Part shown: in pieces, positions 1 through 8,056 of the stretch
Layout of the letters: each line of letters starts with the position of its first letter
How positions within the stretch are numbered: position 1 is the first letter of the stretch
Made by a program: the position numbers and the translations under genes
Assembly (NCBI GenBank): GCA_018304505.1
Contig: JAGVWA010000016.1
Coordinates: 1 to 15,052 of the forward strand
DNA: 15,052 bases
Reading direction: 5' to 3'
Origin: Nanobdellati archaeon
GTDB lineage: Archaea > B1Sed10-29 > JAGVWA01
The notes under the pieces: model-generated
The model's input: only the letters and a program-made list of their open reading frames with translations
What the model was told of the DNA's origin: nothing
Databases searched by the model: none

Positions 1-288
1 GAAGCAGTGATACCATTTACAAAGTACACCCGAGGCATTGGGCATAGGGTCCATGGGGTTATTGGCAGGTACCCCCAAAAAGCAAGCGCCATGGTTCATG
101 GCCTACTGAAGAACGCCAAGGCTAATGCAGACTTCAAGGGCCTAGCAACGGAAAAACTCAAGGTGGCGCACGCAACCGCTTACAGGAAACAGCGCTTCGA
201 CAGGCGAAGGCCAAAAGGCGGCGGCTCAAGCCCCGACAGGCACCACATCGACTGGGCAGGAATTGAATTGGTAGTGAAGGAAGTATGA
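1..288 (+). CDS. rpl22: 50S ribosomal protein uL22, 5'-partial (start lies outside the window)
   Basis: Frame open from base 1: EAVIPFTKY...GHR...GRYPQKAS...LLKNAKANADFKGL...IELVVKEV, typical of archaeal L22/eukaryotic L17. Immediately upstream of rps3 with ATGA overlap. Confidence 0.95.
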   Translation, partial: EAVIPFTKYTRGIGHRVHGVIGRYPQKASAMVHGLLKNAKANADFKGLATEKLKVAHATAYRKQRFDRRRPKGGGSSPDRHHIDWAGIELVVKEV

Positions 289-1016
289 TAGAGAGAAAAT
301 TCATCGACGAAGCCATACGCAAAAACAACGTGCGGCGATTCATAAAGAACGAGCTCGGCAGGGCCGGCATTATTGACGTTGACATTCAGCGAACGCCGAT
401 CGCAACCAGGGTCAACATCGTCGCAGAGCGCTCAGGCATCGTCATCGGCAGGAAAGGAAAAACCATCCAAGACCTGACCAAACGAATCGAGGAAGAACTA
501 AGAATCGAGAACCCGCAACTCGAAGTCACAGAGGTAAAAGACGTAAACCTTGAACCAGTTGTCATAAGCCGCTGGATCGTAAGGATGCTTGAACGCGGAC
601 AAAAACAAAAAATCGTGATACACCGAGCCCTTGACAGGATAATGAGGGCAGGGGCCATGGGCGGAGAAATAATACTAAAAGGCAAGATGCAGGCTAAGAA
701 GGCAAAAGCACGCAAGGAGCGCGTTGCTGCAGGTTACATAAAGAAGGCTGGCGACGCAGTCAAGCAAGTAATGACATCCCACGAAGGCGCAAAACTCAAA
801 CAAGGAGTAATGGGCATAACGGTCAGCATCGTGCCAGGGACCGCGCAGTTCCCTGACAAAATAGACATATCAGAGGCGCTGGCAAAACACAGGCAAGAAA
901 CCCCAGAACGCAAACCAGCAACCGAGGAACAAGTAACAACACCCGCAAGTGTCGAAATAGAAAATACAACCGAAGAAAAGACGAGTGAGGAAAATGGCAA
1001 TAATGAAAATGAGTGA
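285..1016 (+). CDS. rps3: 30S ribosomal protein uS3
   Basis: MIERKFI start, KH motif GIVIGRKGKTI, AGAMGGEIILKGK, KQGVMGITVSI; acidic C-terminal tail; synteny. Confidence 0.98.
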   Translation: MIERKFIDEAIRKNNVRRFIKNELGRAGIIDVDIQRTPIATRVNIVAERSGIVIGRKGKTIQDLTKRIEEELRIENPQLEVTEVKDVNLEPVVISRWIVRMLERGQKQKIVIHRALDRIMRAGAMGGEIILKGKMQAKKAKARKERVAAGYIKKAGDAVKQVMTSHEGAKLKQGVMGITVSIVPGTAQFPDKIDISEALAKHRQETPERKPATEEQVTTPASVEIENTTEEKTSEENGNNENE

Positions 1017-1200
1017 CATCCGCGAAAGAAGTTCGGATGACCTCAATGAGCAAGTAGCACAACTGCGTGCAGAGCTAGCGACCGAAAGGGGGCAATCGGC
1101 ATCAGGCATAAAACCTGAGAACCCGAAGAAACAGCGCGACCTGAGGCACACAATCGCAAGGGCTCTAACGATAATTAGGGAAAGAGGAGAAAACAGATAA
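994..1200 (+). CDS. rpl29: 50S ribosomal protein uL29
   Basis: LRAEL...ENP...LRHTIARALTI signature. ATG 994 chosen because GTGA(GG) at 985-990 sits at the ribosome-binding distance seen for other genes here. Confidence 0.95.
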   Translation: MAIMKMSDIRERSSDDLNEQVAQLRAELATERGQSASGIKPENPKKQRDLRHTIARALTIIRERGENR

Positions 1201-1506
1201 ATGGATGAAATTTGCCAAGTGTGTGGACTGCCGAAGGAGATATGCGTATGTCAAGAGATCGCCAAAAGTGGACAAAAAATACGCGTAACGTCCGAGACAA
1301 GGAGGTTCAAGAAGAACTACACAATCATCAGCGGGTTCGATGAAAACACAGACCTCCAGCAAATCGGAAAAGAGCTGAAACAGAAACTCGCATGCGGGGG
1401 CACAACCAAGAACAACCGCATTGAGCTCCAAGGAGAACACAAACAAAAAGTAAAAAAGGCCCTCATCGAAATGGGCTACACAAATGACCAAATAGACATG
1501 TACTGA
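1201..1506 (+). CDS. sui1: Translation initiation factor SUI1/aIF1 (YciH family)
   Basis: Archaeal N-terminal ICQVCGLPKEICVC motif and LKQKLACGGT...IELQGEHK; canonical position between rpl29 and rnp1. Confidence 0.96.
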   Translation: MDEICQVCGLPKEICVCQEIAKSGQKIRVTSETRRFKKNYTIISGFDENTDLQQIGKELKQKLACGGTTKNNRIELQGEHKQKVKKALIEMGYTNDQIDMY

Positions 1507-1510
1507 TCGC

Positions 1511-1804
1511 ATGATGCCAAAGTTGATCATGGACGAGCTAATCGGGCTCAACGTAACCATAAAGAAAAGCACGCAACGCGGCCTGATCAACGTTAAAGGC
1601 AGAATCATCGATGAAACACAACGGACATTCACAATCGAAACACAAACAAAAGAAATCAAAGTTCCAAAGGAACACTGCACATTCGAGTTCGAAACACCCG
1701 AAAAGCAGCACACCACGCTTGAGGGAAAGGCTCTCATGGCAAGGCCCGAGGAGCGCATAAAAAAGCACTGGAGGCAATTCAATGCCAAACACAACAGCAA
1801 CTGA
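1511..1804 (+). CDS. rnp1: Ribonuclease P protein component 1 (Rpp29/POP4)
   Basis: ELIGLNVTI...GRIIDET...VPK...FEF...G...RPEERIKK signature; synteny. Confidence 0.95.
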   Translation: MMPKLIMDELIGLNVTIKKSTQRGLINVKGRIIDETQRTFTIETQTKEIKVPKEHCTFEFETPEKQHTTLEGKALMARPEERIKKHWRQFNAKHNSN

Positions 1805-2069
1805 AGTCTCATCAGATCTCCCAAAACGAGGAGCCGTTCTTAGCGGCAGGGTTGTAAGCAACAAGCCAAAGAACACCCTGGTAGTGGAAAGCGAATACCT
1901 GCACTACATTACAAAATACAAACGATACGAGAGACGAAAATCACGACGCAACGTGCACATCCCACCGGGATACAACGCAAACCCCAACGATGTAGTTGAA
2001 TTTGCTGAAACAAGGAAAATCAGCAAAACCAAGAGCTTCGTCGTAACCAAAATAATTCCAAAACAATAA
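1782..2069 (+). CDS. rps17: 30S ribosomal protein uS17
   Basis: RG...GRVVS.K...KYKRYERRKS...HIPP...ETRKISKTKSFVV. Confidence 0.96.
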   Translation: MPNTTATEVSSDLPKRGAVLSGRVVSNKPKNTLVVESEYLHYITKYKRYERRKSRRNVHIPPGYNANPNDVVEFAETRKISKTKSFVVTKIIPKQ

Positions 2070-2127
2070 TGAACATTATTCCACACATGAGACTACGAGA
2101 CAAAACATTAACACGAGATGACACAAC

Positions 2128-2526
2128 ATGAAAGCAATAGCCGCAAAGCATCACTCTGGCGTAACCCACCTGAGCATCGTAAAGTGCGATGACAATTCAG
2201 GCGCCAAAACGCTGAAGGTCATAGCCCAAATGGGCTTCAAAGGAACCAAGAAGAGGCGCCCAACTATTGGCGTCGGCGACGTATTCAAGGCCTCGGTCAT
2301 CAAGGGAAAACCCGCAATGCGGAAAAAAATCGTAAAGTGTGTCCTAATCAGGCAAAAACACGAGTACAGGCGCAGAACCGGCGACAGGGTCAAGTTTGAC
2401 GAAAACGCCGCCGTCCTCATTACGGACAAAAACGAGCCAGTTGGTTCGGAAATCAAGGGCGCAGTCGCAAAGGAAATCGCAGAGAGATTCCCAAGGATAT
2501 CAACCATCGCAAAAAACGTGATATAA
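2128..2526 (+). CDS. rpl14: 50S ribosomal protein uL14
   Basis: CDDNSGAK, GVGD...ASVIKGKP, IRQK.EYRR..G.RVKFDENAAV, GSEIKGAVAKE. Confidence 0.98.
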   Translation: MKAIAAKHHSGVTHLSIVKCDDNSGAKTLKVIAQMGFKGTKKRRPTIGVGDVFKASVIKGKPAMRKKIVKCVLIRQKHEYRRRTGDRVKFDENAAVLITDKNEPVGSEIKGAVAKEIAERFPRISTIAKNVI

Positions 2527-2527
2527 A

Positions 2528-2884
2528 ATGACCGTACAGAGCAAAAAAGCACGAAAGAAGCGGAAGGACCGCTCAACCCTAGCACTGCACAAGCGTGGTG
2601 CAGCAATGTCCGCACACCTCTCAAAAGACATCAAAAAGGACGTTAAAAAAAGAAACGTGCCCGTGAGAAAGAATGACGTGGTAAAGGTACTCCGGGGAAC
2701 CCACAGGGGAAAAACCGGAAAAATAGTCGCTGTTGACTACCGGAATTACAAGATAAACATAGAAAACGTCACGCTGAAAAACAGGGCTGGGAAGGAGTCC
2801 TTCATACCGATTGACCCCTCAAACGTGCTCATAACAGAGCTCGTCCTTGAGGATGAAAAACGAAAAAACAGCATAAAGAGATGA
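2528..2884 (+). CDS. rpl24: 50S ribosomal protein uL24
   Basis: SKKARKKRK, MSAHLSK, KOW-like VRKNDVVKVLRGTHRGKTGKI, PIDPSNVLITEL. Confidence 0.97.
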   Translation: MTVQSKKARKKRKDRSTLALHKRGAAMSAHLSKDIKKDVKKRNVPVRKNDVVKVLRGTHRGKTGKIVAVDYRNYKINIENVTLKNRAGKESFIPIDPSNVLITELVLEDEKRKNSIKR

Positions 2885-2888
2885 CAAA

Positions 2889-3614
2889 ATGGCATCAAAA
2901 GGATCGCAAACACACCTGAAACGAAGAGCAGCACCCCGATCATGGGGCGTGCTTAGAAAGAGCTCCACCTGGATAGTGAAGCCACAGCCAGGGGCGCACC
3001 CCATCAACGCATCACTGCCGATACTAGTCATAGTGAGGGACATGCTGAAATACGCCGACACAAACGCAGAAGCCAAAAAAATAATCAATGCTGGTGAAAT
3101 CAAAATCGATGGACGCAAGGTCAGGGACTACAAGCTGCCCGTTGGCTTCATGGACCTGGTCTCTATTGACAAAACAAACGAATACTTCAGGGTTTCATAC
3201 ACCCAAAAAGGCCGCGTAACACTTCAAAAAGCAGACCAAAAAAACGCAGGCTTCAAGCTCTGCAGGATCAGGGGCAAAAAAATACTCCGGAAAGGCAAAA
3301 CGCAACTCAACCTGCACGACGGCAGAAACATAATAACTGATGACAAAAAATACAAGGTCGGCGACGTGGTAAAACTTGAGATCCCTGAACAAAAGATCAC
3401 GGACCACTACCCCCTAATAGAAAACAACATGGCGTACGTCACAAGGGGAAAACACGCAGGAAAAATAGGGGTAATAGCACAAACAATACCCGGAAAGATC
3501 GAGAGCGATCCGTTAGTAATCCTGAAAGCGCAAGACGGAACAGAATTCAAGACGCGCAAGGATTACACATTCGTAATAGGACGAGACAAACCAGCTATTA
3601 GCATAAGTGAATAA
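2889..3614 (+). CDS. rps4e: 30S ribosomal protein eS4
   Basis: HLKRRAAPRSW, PGAHP, IDGRKVRDYKLPVGFMD, KLCRI, QLNLHDGRNI, GKHAGKIG. Confidence 0.98.
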   Translation: MASKGSQTHLKRRAAPRSWGVLRKSSTWIVKPQPGAHPINASLPILVIVRDMLKYADTNAEAKKIINAGEIKIDGRKVRDYKLPVGFMDLVSIDKTNEYFRVSYTQKGRVTLQKADQKNAGFKLCRIRGKKILRKGKTQLNLHDGRNIITDDKKYKVGDVVKLEIPEQKITDHYPLIENNMAYVTRGKHAGKIGVIAQTIPGKIESDPLVILKAQDGTEFKTRKDYTFVIGRDKPAISISE

Positions 3615-3615
3615 C

Positions 3616-4122
3616 ATGACAGCAGACATGACGAAACTCGAGAAAGTGACCCTCAACATAAGCATTGGCGGAGAAAAGCACGACGTGGAAAAGGCACAGG
3701 CCCTGCTAGAAAAAATAACTAGCAAGAAATCGATAACCACCAAGGCAAAAAAACGTATCCCAACCTGGGGCCTGAGGAAAGGCCTGCCAATAGGCGCAAA
3801 GGTCACGCTAAGGCGCAAGGAAGCCTCAGAGTTTCTGAAAAAATGCCTAGACGCAAATGACAACACCCTAAAAGAACAGAACTTCGACGATCACGGAAAC
3901 TTCGCTTTCGGCATCAAGGAATACATCGACCTACCCGGCACAAAGTATGACCCGGAAATCGGCCTGCTGGGGTTCGACGTGTGCGTCACGCTAAACAAAT
4001 GGGGATACCGCAATCAGAAAAGAAAAATACAAAAAAGCAAGATCCCGCAAAGACACAGGCTCACAAAGAACGAAGGAATAGACTTTGCAAAGAAACACTT
4101 CAGCATAGGTGTAGAAGCATGA
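3616..4122 (+). CDS. rpl5: 50S ribosomal protein uL5
   Basis: EKVTLNISIG, WGLRKGLPIGAKVTLR, FDDHGNFAFGIKEYIDLPGTKYDPEIG. ATG 3616 preferred over GTG 3607 because GTGA 3607-3610 matches the local Shine-Dalgarno core at 5 nt spacing. Confidence 0.97.
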   Translation: MTADMTKLEKVTLNISIGGEKHDVEKAQALLEKITSKKSITTKAKKRIPTWGLRKGLPIGAKVTLRRKEASEFLKKCLDANDNTLKEQNFDDHGNFAFGIKEYIDLPGTKYDPEIGLLGFDVCVTLNKWGYRNQKRKIQKSKIPQRHRLTKNEGIDFAKKHFSIGVEA

Positions 4123-4280
4123 AAAGACAAACAGAACGGCCCATGGTGGCGGCAAAACGAAAAAGGGCATGCAGGTACTGCAGAACCTACAGAGGCGTGA
4201 TTAGAAAATACGGCCTCATGATATGCAGACGGTGCTTCGTAGAACAAGCAGGGGCCCTGGGCTTCAAAAAATATGAATAA
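4119..4280 (+). CDS. rps14: 30S ribosomal protein uS14 (zinc-binding type)
   Basis: MKRQTERP...CRYC...GVIRKYGLMICRRCFVEQAGALGFKKYE. Start at ATG 4119 in an ATGA overlap with the rpl5 stop; the track ORF from 3981 is over-extended. Confidence 0.96.
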   Translation: MKRQTERPMVAAKRKRACRYCRTYRGVIRKYGLMICRRCFVEQAGALGFKKYE

Positions 4281-4304
4281 TTCGAATAAAGGAATTGATG
4301 AAAA

Positions 4305-4688
4305 ATGGACAACTTCGCAAATGCATTGGTAAACATTAAGAACCACGAACTAGTGGGCAAGTCAGGGTGCACCCTAAAACCTGCGTCAAAAATACTCGGA
4401 AACATACTCACCATACTTCAGAAACACGGATACATCGGCAATTTCGAACTCATCGACGACGGCAAGGCGGGGCAATACAAGGTACAGCTGCTTGGAACAA
4501 TAAACAACATTAAGGCCATAAAGCCACGGTTCTCGGCCGGCTTTAGGGACATCCAGCAATATGAAACGCAATATTTGCCGTCAAGGGGCTTCGGCATGCT
4601 GATCGTGTCAACCCCAAAAGGCCTAATGACACAATATGACGCGATACAGCAAAAAACCGGGGGGAAACTCCTAGCATTCGTTTACTAA
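4305..4688 (+). CDS. rps8: 30S ribosomal protein uS8
   Basis: ANAL..IKN.E, KPASK, GYIGNFELIDDGKAG, AIKPRF, YLPSRGFG...STPKGLMT, GGKLLAFVY. Confidence 0.98.
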   Translation: MDNFANALVNIKNHELVGKSGCTLKPASKILGNILTILQKHGYIGNFELIDDGKAGQYKVQLLGTINNIKAIKPRFSAGFRDIQQYETQYLPSRGFGMLIVSTPKGLMTQYDAIQQKTGGKLLAFVY

Positions 4689-4715
4689 AAACATGATAAA
4701 GAAAAGTGATCACAA

Positions 4716-5237
4716 ATGAAAATGGAACTAAACCTGCCAAAGGACACAACCGTCTCCATAAATAACGGCACCATCAGCGTAAAAGGCCCAAAGGGTGAGC
4801 TAAGCAGGACCTTCAACCTAGCAGGCATAACAGCAGAACAAAAAGACTCAAAAGTCATATTCATGTCAGACGCCACAAGGAAAAAAAACAGGGCGTATCT
4901 AGGCACTGTTATAGCCAAAACACGAAACATGATCAAGGGCACGACTGAAGGCTACCAGTACAAACTACGGGCAGTCTTCAAGCACTTCCCAATGAACATC
5001 ACCGTTCAGGGGAATGCACTAAACATAAAGAATTTCATGGGAGAAAAACGCATGCGCAAAGCCCGGATATTTACTGGCGCAAAAGTAGAAATAGACGAAA
5101 AGGACATCACGGTTTCCGGAATAGACATTGACATTGTAAGCCAGACCGCAGCCAGCTTCGAAATGGCAACGCGCCTGACTGGGCGGGACAGACGGGTCTT
5201 CCAGGACGGCATATTCATAACTAAAAAAGGACGATAA
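4716..5237 (+). CDS. rpl6: 50S ribosomal protein uL6
   Basis: VKGPKGEL.R.F, NMIKG.TEGY, HFPM, IKNFMGEK, VSQTAA, RDRRVFQDGIFI. Confidence 0.98.
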   Translation: MKMELNLPKDTTVSINNGTISVKGPKGELSRTFNLAGITAEQKDSKVIFMSDATRKKNRAYLGTVIAKTRNMIKGTTEGYQYKLRAVFKHFPMNITVQGNALNIKNFMGEKRMRKARIFTGAKVEIDEKDITVSGIDIDIVSQTAASFEMATRLTGRDRRVFQDGIFITKKGR

Positions 5238-5239
5238 AC

Positions 5240-5875
5240 ATGCTTAACAAGAGACAAAAACCAACGTTCAAAAGGCAACGCAGCCACGCATTCAAAAGAG
5301 TCGGACGCCTCAACAGGTGGCGCAGACCCAGAGGCATGGACTCAAAGCAAGCAAAGGGCATGAAGCACATGGGTGCCAAGCCAAACGTTGGCTACGGGCA
5401 ACCAAAAACCATCAGGGGCCTACACCCCAGCGGCCTGCTCGAAGCAATGGTGCTTAACCTAAATGGAATTGAAAACCTGAACCCGAAAGAGCACATCATA
5501 CGCATCGGCGGATCAGTTGGGACAAAAAAACGAATGCAGATACTCGAAAAGGCAAAGGAACTGAAAATCAGGGTGACGAACGAAAACATCAAAGAGCGAC
5601 CGAAGAAAAAAGAAAAGAAAAAGGCAAAAACCGAAGAAGCAAAACCAGAAGCCACCACAGACGCAGCAACCGGTGAGCCAAAGGTAGAAACCGCAGAGCC
5701 GAAAGCAGCAGAGACCGCCATAACAAAAGCGCCTGCAACGGCAAAACCAGAACAAGCAGAGCACCCGAAAAAGCATGGCGCCCCAAAACAGGAAACCCAA
5801 GAAAAAAAACAAGCCGCAGAAAAGACACAAGCAACAGAAAAAACAGAAAAGAAAACAACTGACAAAAAGAAGTGA
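5240..5875 (+). CDS. rpl32e: 50S ribosomal protein eL32 with long low-complexity C-terminal extension
   Basis: KPTFKRQ, WRRPRGMDSK, P.VGYG.P...RGLHPSG, VGTKKR..I...A....IRVTN, then about 97 aa of K/E/A/T/P-rich tail. Confidence 0.96.
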   Translation: MLNKRQKPTFKRQRSHAFKRVGRLNRWRRPRGMDSKQAKGMKHMGAKPNVGYGQPKTIRGLHPSGLLEAMVLNLNGIENLNPKEHIIRIGGSVGTKKRMQILEKAKELKIRVTNENIKERPKKKEKKKAKTEEAKPEATTDAATGEPKVETAEPKAAETAITKAPATAKPEQAEHPKKHGAPKQETQEKKQAAEKTQATEKTEKKTTDKKK

Positions 5876-5881
5876 TAATTC

Positions 5882-6346
5882 ATGGATTCAAAAAGACTTA
5901 AACAATTAGCCGGAGACGTCCTGAACACAGGCGCCCACAAGATTGTCATCAAGGACTTAGAGAAGGCGCGACAGGCCCTAACCAGAGATGATATTAGGGC
6001 ACTCGCAAAACAAGGCGCTTTAGAGGCAAAACCAAGGAAAGGCGTAAGCAGGGGCAGGGCTAAAAAAATCGCTAAACAAAAGAAAAAGGGCCTACGGAAA
6101 GGCAGAGGTAAAAGAAAAGGCGCCATCGGCACCAGACTACCGAAGAAAGAGGTATGGATGACAAAAATCAGGGCGCTAAGAAGAAAACTCCAAGAATTAA
6201 AACCAGACCTCCCGGACATAAAAACATACCGACACCTGTACAACATGTCCCGCGGAGGCTACTTCAGAAACAAGGCGCACTTACAAATATTCATCGAAGA
6301 CAAAGGATACATAACCAAGGAAAAAAATAAAGTAAAAAAACAGTAA
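5882..6346 (+). CDS. rpl19e: 50S ribosomal protein eL19
   Basis: ALTRDDIRAL, KGVSRGRA, G.RKG.GKRKG, WMTKIRALRR.L, YRHLY...GGYF. Confidence 0.97.
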   Translation: MDSKRLKQLAGDVLNTGAHKIVIKDLEKARQALTRDDIRALAKQGALEAKPRKGVSRGRAKKIAKQKKKGLRKGRGKRKGAIGTRLPKKEVWMTKIRALRRKLQELKPDLPDIKTYRHLYNMSRGGYFRNKAHLQIFIEDKGYITKEKNKVKKQ

Positions 6347-6382
6347 AGAAAAAAAGTGAAGTGGGAAAAAAGGTGACTGCAC

Positions 6383-6877
6383 ATGGCAGACAATGTACGA
6401 TACAAGACAAGCTTTAGGAGAAGACGCGAAGGCAAAACAAATTACCACAAACGCCTGGGCTTGCTAAAATCAGGCGAAGTAAGGCTAGTCGCTAGGGTAA
6501 TGGGAAACAGCGCCGTCGCACAGCTCGTGCAATACAAAGAAACCGGCGACGCGGTACTGGCAAACGCGACATCAAAAGAATTGAAGAAATACGAATACAA
6601 TGGGCACAAGGGAAATACTTCAGCAGCATACTTAACAGGCCTGCTCATAGGCACCAAGGCCAAGCAAAAAGGAATAAAAAAGGCCAACCTCGACATAGGC
6701 CTGGTAACACCGACAAAAGGGGCCAACGTCTACGGCCTCCTAAAAGGAGCCCTCGACGCAGGCCTTGAAGTGCCCCACAATGCAGGGGTGCTGCCAAGCG
6801 AAGACCGCATCAACGGGGCGCACACCAAAACAAAACAGGACATAGAAAAAATCAAACAAGCAATACTAAAACAGTGA
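6383..6877 (+). CDS. rpl18: 50S ribosomal protein uL18
   Basis: FRRRREGKTNYHKRL, RLVAR, GNTSAAYLTGLL, LDIGL, LKGALDAGLEVPH. AGGTGA ribosome-binding site upstream. Confidence 0.98.
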   Translation: MADNVRYKTSFRRRREGKTNYHKRLGLLKSGEVRLVARVMGNSAVAQLVQYKETGDAVLANATSKELKKYEYNGHKGNTSAAYLTGLLIGTKAKQKGIKKANLDIGLVTPTKGANVYGLLKGALDAGLEVPHNAGVLPSEDRINGAHTKTKQDIEKIKQAILKQ

Positions 6878-6883
6878 TGAAAA

Positions 6884-7534
6884 ATGGCAGAAAGAAAACC
6901 GACACGCGAAGACCTACTCGAACAATGGCATCCAAAAACAGAACTCGGCAGGATGGTCAAACGAGGAGACATAACAAGCATCGAAGAGATCTACAAGAAA
7001 AACCTCTCAATACTTGAACACGAAATTGTCGACTATCTGATTCCTAATTTACAAGAAGAAGTTCTGGGAAGACCAAAATCAGTACAGAGAGCCACCGGCT
7101 CCGGAAGAAAAATGAGCTTCTTCGCGATAGTCGCAGTAGGAGACAAGAACGGCCACATCGGCTTCGGAACCGGAAAAGCCCTAGAAGTAAGGCCATCAAT
7201 TGAACGCGCAGTAAAAAACGCAAAGAAGAACATCATGCACGTCCGAAGGGGCTGCGGCTCATGGGAATGCGCATGCGGCACAAGCCACAGCTTACCATTC
7301 AAGGTTCAGGCCAAATTCGGCTCTGCAAAGATCACGCTAAGGCCGGCACCAAAGGGCACGGGGGTCGTCGCAGGCAAGACCGCCAAGAAGGTCTTGGAAC
7401 TCGCGGGCTTCACAGACCTCTGGAGCCGCTCAGAAGGTTCAACAGATACTAAAATGAACCTCGCCAAGGCCACAATGAAGGCCCTTAACGAAACAAGGAA
7501 AATGAAACTCAAAACAGAAGTTGGGATACTATGA
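6884..7534 (+). CDS. rps5: 30S ribosomal protein uS5
   Basis: W.PKTELGRMVK, VGDKNGHIG.G.GK, VRRGCGSWECACG..HSLPF, PAPKGTG. Confidence 0.98.
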   Translation: MAERKPTREDLLEQWHPKTELGRMVKRGDITSIEEIYKKNLSILEHEIVDYLIPNLQEEVLGRPKSVQRATGSGRKMSFFAIVAVGDKNGHIGFGTGKALEVRPSIERAVKNAKKNIMHVRRGCGSWECACGTSHSLPFKVQAKFGSAKITLRPAPKGTGVVAGKTAKKVLELAGFTDLWSRSEGSTDTKMNLAKATMKALNETRKMKLKTEVGIL

Positions 7535-7974
7535 CAATAACAGCAGTCCGCGTAAGAGGCAACGCAAAGCTCAGGAAAACAATAGAGGCCACCATGCAAA
7601 TGATGAATCTAAAGGCCGTCAACAACGTTGCCACATTGACTGACAACAAGGTAACCGAGGGTATGCTGCAAAAGGCAAAGGACTACGTAACCTGGGGCAC
7701 AATCACAAAGGACACATTCACGAAAATGCTGCTAAAGTGGGCAAAAACTGTTGACAACGCAAAAGTCACAGAGGGCTTCCTGAAGGAGCAGAACACAAGC
7801 GTCGATGAGTTGTACGAAGGCAAAAAGAAATTCAAAGACGCGAATATAAAAGCCACGATAAGGCTGCACCCCCCAAGAAAAGGATACGAAGGCGTGAAAA
7901 GACCGTACAGCATGAAGGGCGCGCTGGGCAACAGAAAAGACAAACTCGACGAACTCGTACAACGAATGATATAA
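7531..7974 (+). CDS. rpl30: 50S ribosomal protein uL30 (archaeal long form)
   Basis: AVRVRG, GMLQKAKDYVTWG, RLHPPRKGY, GALGNR...L..RMI. Confidence 0.97.
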   Translation: MTITAVRVRGNAKLRKTIEATMQMMNLKAVNNVATLTDNKVTEGMLQKAKDYVTWGTITKDTFTKMLLKWAKTVDNAKVTEGFLKEQNTSVDELYEGKKKFKDANIKATIRLHPPRKGYEGVKRPYSMKGALGNRKDKLDELVQRMI

Positions 7975-8046
7975 GTGTAACAAGTGTAACCGAAATAACG
8001 TTAACTGAAATAACTTTAACTGAAACAACCATAACTGAAAATTAAC
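7973..8046. repeat. Intergenic tandem repeats: AAGTGTAAC x2, then TAACYGAAA x4 at a 15-bp period
   Basis: AAGTGTAAC at 7973 and 7982; TAACCGAAA at 7987; TAACTGAAA at 8002, 8017 and 8032. Confidence 0.9.
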
Positions 8047-8056
8047 ACGTGATAGC

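Noticed and set aside
3981-4118. Apparent N-terminal extension of uS14
   Set aside because: Overlaps rpl5 out of frame; the ATGA-coupled start at 4119 gives a normal-length protein.
5392-6246. 284-aa minus-strand ORF and other long antisense ORFs (1165-1824, 7732-8397, 9529-10128, 13363-13896)
   Set aside because: Shadows of clear + strand genes. Their F/L/S/V-rich composition mirrors the A-rich sense codons, and the T-poor strand yields few antisense stops.
7973-8046. Possible CRISPR mini-array
   Set aside because: 9-nt repeats with 6-nt linkers are far too short, and no cas genes are nearby.
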